30,441 nt of DNA from the IMG/VR virus record IMGVR_UViG_2563366799_000003. One strand, written 5' to 3'. The notes below the pieces were generated by a model. It was given only the letters and a program-made list of their open reading frames with translations, was not told where the DNA came from and did not search any database. Within the stretch, counting starts at the first letter, position 1. Every line of letters starts with the position of its first letter. The stretch is from a virus (lineage: Duplodnaviria; Heunggongvirae; Uroviricota; Caudoviricetes). The position numbers and the translations under genes are program-made. Positions 26,639 through 30,441 of this stretch are shown here, in pieces.

Positions 26639-27704
26639 CGTTCCCGCGCTGCGCAAGCTTATTACTGACGGCGAAAAAGATATTGCCTTTGAACTGGGGC
26701 TGCAAAAACTTCCGCCAGTAGGCGTTGAGAAAGCTCTAAATACCTCATTCAGCAATCAGGTTCGTGATTTATACGACCATCAGAGCTGGATTAAAGACCA
26801 GATTATTCCGTCTGTTAAATCTGATGATGAAACCATCATTGAGACTGCGGCCAGCGAAGGCGTCGTCAGAAAACAGGCCACGTTTGCTACGGGGCCGGCG
26901 GTATTTAAAGGGAATACACCGCTGCCGGAAGATATGGAGATGCAAACCGCTACCGGTATTGTTTATGCCGTGACGACTTCCGGCGTTCCTGTAGATGGGG
27001 TCATGACTGTAACCATTCAGGCCAGCGATGCCGGCGCGTCAGGAAACCTTCCGGAAGGTGAAAGCCTGACCCTGCTGTCCCCCGTTCCCGGCGTGGAAAG
27101 TATTGGTTTAACGGGTACGGGAGGCATCATCGGTGGTTCGGATATTGAGCCAGTTTCTGAATTGCTTGACCGGCTTTTATTCCGTAAACGCAATCCCCCC
27201 GTTGGTGGGGCTGTGCATGACTATGTCATCTGGGCGCGAGAAATGGCTGGTGTCAGTCGGGCGTGGGCATTTGATGCCTGGCATGGTCCCTGCACAATCG
27301 GACTGGCATGGGTTTATGACGATCGTTCAGTGATTACCCCCGGATATCAGGACCGGAAAAATATGGAAGATTACCTTTTCCGTCATACCGACCCGGCGAC
27401 TGGCGTATGGGTTGGTAAACCTGGAGGAATAGAAGTCTGGCCCGTGGAACTGGTGCTCCGTCCCGTCAATATGATTATTGGCATAACACCGGATACACCG
27501 GCCACGCGTAAAGCTGTCCAGTCCCGCCTGTTGACGCTTCAGAAGACGCTGCAACCAGGACAAACGCTGCCCATTTCAGCGATTCGCACTGCTATCGGCA
27601 CCGCATCTGGCGTGACGGATTACACGCTGAATCTGACCGCTGACATTCCCTGTGCTCAGAATGAACTTATCACTATCGGAGTGCTGACATGGCCCACAGT
27701 GTAG
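26628..27704 (+). CDS. baseplate J-like protein (Mu gp47)
   Basis: 358 aa; overlaps neighbours; size and order typical of baseplate wedge J. Confidence 0.8.
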   Translation: MPYNVPALRKLITDGEKDIAFELGLQKLPPVGVEKALNTSFSNQVRDLYDHQSWIKDQIIPSVKSDDETIIETAASEGVVRKQATFATGPAVFKGNTPLPEDMEMQTATGIVYAVTTSGVPVDGVMTVTIQASDAGASGNLPEGESLTLLSPVPGVESIGLTGTGGIIGGSDIEPVSELLDRLLFRKRNPPVGGAVHDYVIWAREMAGVSRAWAFDAWHGPCTIGLAWVYDDRSVITPGYQDRKNMEDYLFRHTDPATGVWVGKPGGIEVWPVELVLRPVNMIIGITPDTPATRKAVQSRLLTLQKTLQPGQTLPISAIRTAIGTASGVTDYTLNLTADIPCAQNELITIGVLTWPTV

Positions 27705-28279
27705 ATGAATGGCTGGGCGCTTTATGGCAGGTCATGCCACGTGGCAAAGCGTGGTCACGCGATGAGGATGGTGATTTAAACCGTTTTTTACGGGCGTTAG
27801 CCAGGCGTTTAAGTCAGACGGAATTTGATGCAGAAAACCTGCTACCGGAGATGCGGCCAGAAACAACATTTATGCTGCTGGAAGAATGGGAGGAATACCT
27901 TGAACTGCCGGAGTGTGGGCAGTTAAGCGGTACTGTAGAAGACCGACGTCGTGCTGTCGTGGAGAAGTATCACCGCAAAGGTGGCCTTTCCCCGTGGCAG
28001 ATTGAAGCTGTGGCTGCCGCGCTTGGATTTACTATCCGGGTTACTGTCATTCTGCCTCACCACTGCATGCGTAGCTGCGTGTATCCCCTTTATCCAGCTC
28101 GTTATCGCTGGACGTTACAGATTGATGTGATCGGTATCAACGGCGGACGTTTTACCTGTATCGATAACGTCATGACACCGCTTCTGAGCGAACTTGCAAG
28201 AGAACTGGAGTGTGTGCTGACGAAATACCGTCTCGGCGGCACAGCATACGAATATTTTTATTCTTCAGGAGATAACTGA
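27689..28279 (+). CDS. tail protein (Mu gp48 / P2 gpI-like, DUF2313-type)
   Basis: 196 aa immediately upstream of the tail-fibre gene with a 1-nt overlap. Confidence 0.7.
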   Translation: MAHSVDEWLGALWQVMPRGKAWSRDEDGDLNRFLRALARRLSQTEFDAENLLPEMRPETTFMLLEEWEEYLELPECGQLSGTVEDRRRAVVEKYHRKGGLSPWQIEAVAAALGFTIRVTVILPHHCMRSCVYPLYPARYRWTLQIDVIGINGGRFTCIDNVMTPLLSELARELECVLTKYRLGGTAYEYFYSSGDN

Positions 28280-29049
28280 TGTTTCACGTAGATAATTCAA
28301 CCGGTGTTCCGGTTATGCCACAACCGTCTCCTGTCACCAGTGAGACCGAGCTTTTCTTTACTGAAGGAGGTAATGGCGTTCCTCCGACGTATCCCGGACC
28401 GGACTGGTTTAATGTCATTCAAAGCGAGCTGCTCAATATTCTCAAGGCCGCTGGGATTGATCCTGACAAAATGGACAACACGCAGATTCTGGTCGCTCTC
28501 AAAAAACTGTTTCTGAGTCGTTCCAATCCATTTGGCGACATTAAAGCAGATGGTGCGGCAGCAATCGCGGCGGCTCTCACAAACCTTGATTTGGGAGAAG
28601 GCTCAGCGTTACCAGTTGGCGTCCCTGTACCATATCCACTGGCTACACCACCAACCGGCTGGATGAAATGCAATGGTTCATCTTTCAACCTGGCTAGTTA
28701 CCCTAAACTTGCCGCCGTGTTTCCTTCTGGTGTGCTTCCAGACCTGCGCGGTGAGTTTATCCGTGGATGGGATGATGGTCGCAATGTAGATTCGGGGCGA
28801 CAATTATTATCACAACAAGGTGATACCATTCAGAACATTACAGGTGAGGTCGGAGTTATTCAGTATGTAGGCCCGAGTCACACAACAGGGGCGCTTTATA
28901 ATGGAGGGGCGCAATGGAAGACTGTAACCACAGATGGCGGGAGTACCGTTGCTCAAAGTGTTTTTTTTGATGCATCCAGATCGGCACGGACATCAAATGA
29001 GACACGCTCTCGAAATATCGCATTCAACTACATTGTAAGGGCAGCATAA
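28279..29049 (+). CDS. tail fibre protein S (constant N-terminus plus currently expressed variable C-terminus with tail-collar-like domain)
   Basis: 256 aa; segment TGWMKCNGSSFNLASYPKLAAVFPSGVLPDLRGEFIRGWDDGR resembles a phage tail-collar domain; contains a hix/gix-like site at 28574-28599. Confidence 0.8.
   Translation: MFHVDNSTGVPVMPQPSPVTSETELFFTEGGNGVPPTYPGPDWFNVIQSELLNILKAAGIDPDKMDNTQILVALKKLFLSRSNPFGDIKADGAAAIAAALTNLDLGEGSALPVGVPVPYPLATPPTGWMKCNGSSFNLASYPKLAAVFPSGVLPDLRGEFIRGWDDGRNVDSGRQLLSQQGDTIQNITGEVGVIQYVGPSHTTGALYNGGAQWKTVTTDGGSTVAQSVFFDASRSARTSNETRSRNIAFNYIVRAA
28574..28599 (+). other. candidate serine-invertase crossover site (hix/gix-like 12-2-12 dyad) inside the tail-fibre gene
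   Basis: CTCTCACAAACC-TT-GATTTGGGAGAA: arms match each other at 9/12 in inverted orientation with an AAACC-NN-GnTTT core; 12/13 bases of the right arm recur inverted at 30429-30441. Confidence 0.45.
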
Positions 29050-29657
29050 TGAGCGAGAAAGAAATCACCTTAGACGAAAACGGGTTTGCCACGGAAGCTG
29101 GCTTTATTACCGTTTACAACTACAACGGCGAAACGCGGGAATATATTTCTTCATCGCTCGAATTCCTGCCTTTTGGTGTTGGCGTTCCAGGTAATTCATG
29201 CGCGGACGCACCAATACGCAAAAAAGAAGGTTTCGCCATCTGCCGGAAAGCCGATTTAACTGGTTGGGAATACGTTGCAGACCATCGAGGCGAAACGGTT
29301 TACAGGACAGCTACTGGCCAACCCGTGACTGTTTCACAGTTGGGAGAATACCCAGAAGGAACAACCACCACTTCGCCATCCACACCATACGACAAATGGG
29401 ATGGCCAAAAATGGGTGACAGATACTGAGGCACAACACGGTGCCGCAGTAGAAGCGGCAGAAGCACAGCGCCATTCACTGATTGATGCAGCAATGGCTTC
29501 CATTAGTCTGATTCAGCTGAAATTACAGGCCGGACGTAAACTGACGCAGGCAGAAACAACCAGACTTAACGCTGTGCTGGATTACATTGACGCGGTGACG
29601 GCAACAGATACCAGCACCTCGCCGGATGTCATCTGGCCTGAACTGCCGGAGGCGTAG
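29049..29657 (+). CDS. tail fibre assembly protein (U-like)
   Basis: 202 aa; TAATG overlap with S; C-terminal motif LDYIDAVTATDTSTSPDVIWPELP is shared with the convergent minus-strand paralogue. Confidence 0.8.
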   Translation: MSEKEITLDENGFATEAGFITVYNYNGETREYISSSLEFLPFGVGVPGNSCADAPIRKKEGFAICRKADLTGWEYVADHRGETVYRTATGQPVTVSQLGEYPEGTTTTSPSTPYDKWDGQKWVTDTEAQHGAAVEAAEAQRHSLIDAAMASISLIQLKLQAGRKLTQAETTRLNAVLDYIDAVTATDTSTSPDVIWPELPEA

Positions 29658-30069
29658 GCCATTCAATATCTGGAGCACTGGAGGTATCAACCAGTTCCAG
29701 TGCGTCCAGATAATCCAGCCACAAATTATATTGCGCCAGTTCCTCACCTTTCAGACGACCAATAGCCGCTTTACCAGGCCATTGTTTACTGTTCATATAA
29801 TCGTTGGCCTGATTAATCAATTGCTGCTTCTCCAATTCGGCTGCAGCAATTTGTTCCTCATGTGTTGGTGGTGGAATTTCAGACCATGCAGGAAAACCAT
29901 TTTCTCCAGCGATACGGATTTTTCCTTTCGGCGGTAATCCGGAAAACTCAATATACACTTGCTCATCAACTTCAACAGCATCATCTGGCCATGAGTCAGC
30001 TTGAGTGTAATCCTCTTTCATCTCCAGCGGATAGAAAGAGTTTGTAGTCGCGGAATATATGTAATTCAT
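29629..30069 (-). CDS. alternative tail fibre assembly protein (U'-like) in inverted orientation
   Basis: 146 aa on minus strand; C-terminus LDYLDALELVDTSSAPDIEWPTPP parallels the plus-strand protein; GGAG ribosome-binding site upstream on minus strand. Confidence 0.75.
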   Translation of the reverse strand: MNYIYSATTNSFYPLEMKEDYTQADSWPDDAVEVDEQVYIEFSGLPPKGKIRIAGENGFPAWSEIPPPTHEEQIAAAELEKQQLINQANDYMNSKQWPGKAAIGRLKGEELAQYNLWLDYLDALELVDTSSAPDIEWPTPPAVQAR

Positions 30070-30090
30070 TTTTCACTCCATATAGCTAAA

Positions 30091-30441
30091 TTAACAGCCT
30101 AACGCTAAAAATGAAGCGCCGAGGCCAGGAGTACTGGCTCTGGATATAAATTTAACCGGGTCGGGACTAAAACCTGCACAGGCAATATAACCAACAGCCC
30201 CGCTATCTGGTGTGTAGTCTTGTGAGACCAAAACACGCAGACATCTGTTTGGAAATGCAATCGGGAAATGGGTTACTACATCCTGTGCAATGCCTGGTGC
30301 GCCGATTGAGCCCCACTGAAGAATAAAACCTGATGGTAATTTTTGATATCCAGTACCTGAAACAGAAAGCGTGAAGCTACCCATATCAGGTATCTGATTC
30401 GCCCCTGTCCCTACATTCCTTTTAGCCGCTTCTCCCAAACC
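30091..30441 (-). CDS. alternative tail-fibre variable C-terminal segment (S'v-like), frame open to window end, no own start
   Basis: Minus-strand frame is open through 30441 (ORF-track Met at 30438 is a TTG); begins with the same in-frame LGE codons (TTG GGA GAA) as S at the crossover site. Confidence 0.65.
   Translation of the reverse strand, partial: GLGEAAKRNVGTGANQIPDMGSFTLSVSGTGYQKLPSGFILQWGSIGAPGIAQDVVTHFPIAFPNRCLRVLVSQDYTPDSGAVGYIACAGFSPDPVKFISRASTPGLGASFLALGC
30429..30441 (-). other. partial right-hand invertase crossover site (inverted copy), truncated by window end
   Basis: CTTCTCCCAAACC is the reverse complement of GGTTTGGGAGAAG, matching S-gene 28588-28600 (GATTTGGGAGAAG) at 12/13. 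Confidence 0.4.

Larger units (their letters stand above)
1..30441 (+). mobile_element. Mu-like transposable prophage, internal portion; left end (c, ner, attL) and right end (invertase, mom region, attR) lie outside the window
   Basis: Gene order A, B, gam, gemA, mor, lysis, terminase, portal, F, I, T, sheath, tube, tape measure, P, baseplate, S, U matches phage Mu; almost all genes on + strand with ATGA/TGATG overlaps typical of phage operons. Confidence 0.9.

Noticed and set aside
30152-30160. Partial motif-like sequence TTAACCGGG inside the S'v coding region
   Set aside because: Only a 9-nt partial match, inside coding sequence and not positioned upstream of any gene start; treated as chance.
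1-30441. Search for CRISPR arrays, tRNA/rRNA genes, IS elements and integrase/att sites
   Set aside because: No regularly spaced direct repeats, no tRNA-like cloverleaf candidates noticed, no IS transposase or terminal inverted repeats other than the Mu-type transposase itself, and no tyrosine integrase; consistent with the window being internal to a transposable prophage.

Overview
The whole window is one nearly complete Mu-like transposable prophage on the + strand, collinear with phage Mu. It runs from the DDE transposase A (5' end cut by the window edge, so c/ner/attL lie upstream) through B, an early accessory cluster, gam, gemA and mor, a lysis cassette, head genes (small/large terminase, portal, F, I, T), tail genes (sheath, tube, chaperone, tape measure, P, baseplate) and a tail-fibre cassette. 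The right end looks like a G-segment-type invertible host-range switch: S and U on +, U' and an alternative fibre C-terminus on -, with a hix/gix-like 12-2-12 site inside S and an inverted partial copy at the last bases of the window. I found no rRNA, tRNA, CRISPR array or IS element. The most interesting signals are: a 16-nt motif repeated about 65-69 bp upstream of the lys, I and tape-measure start codons; an AT-rich membrane-protein moron coupled to mor; a dyad-rich F-I intergenic region at the Mu strong-gyrase-site/accessory-hotspot position; and the invertible fibre cassette. All homology calls are from reading the translations and from memory of Mu-family proteins; no database search was run.
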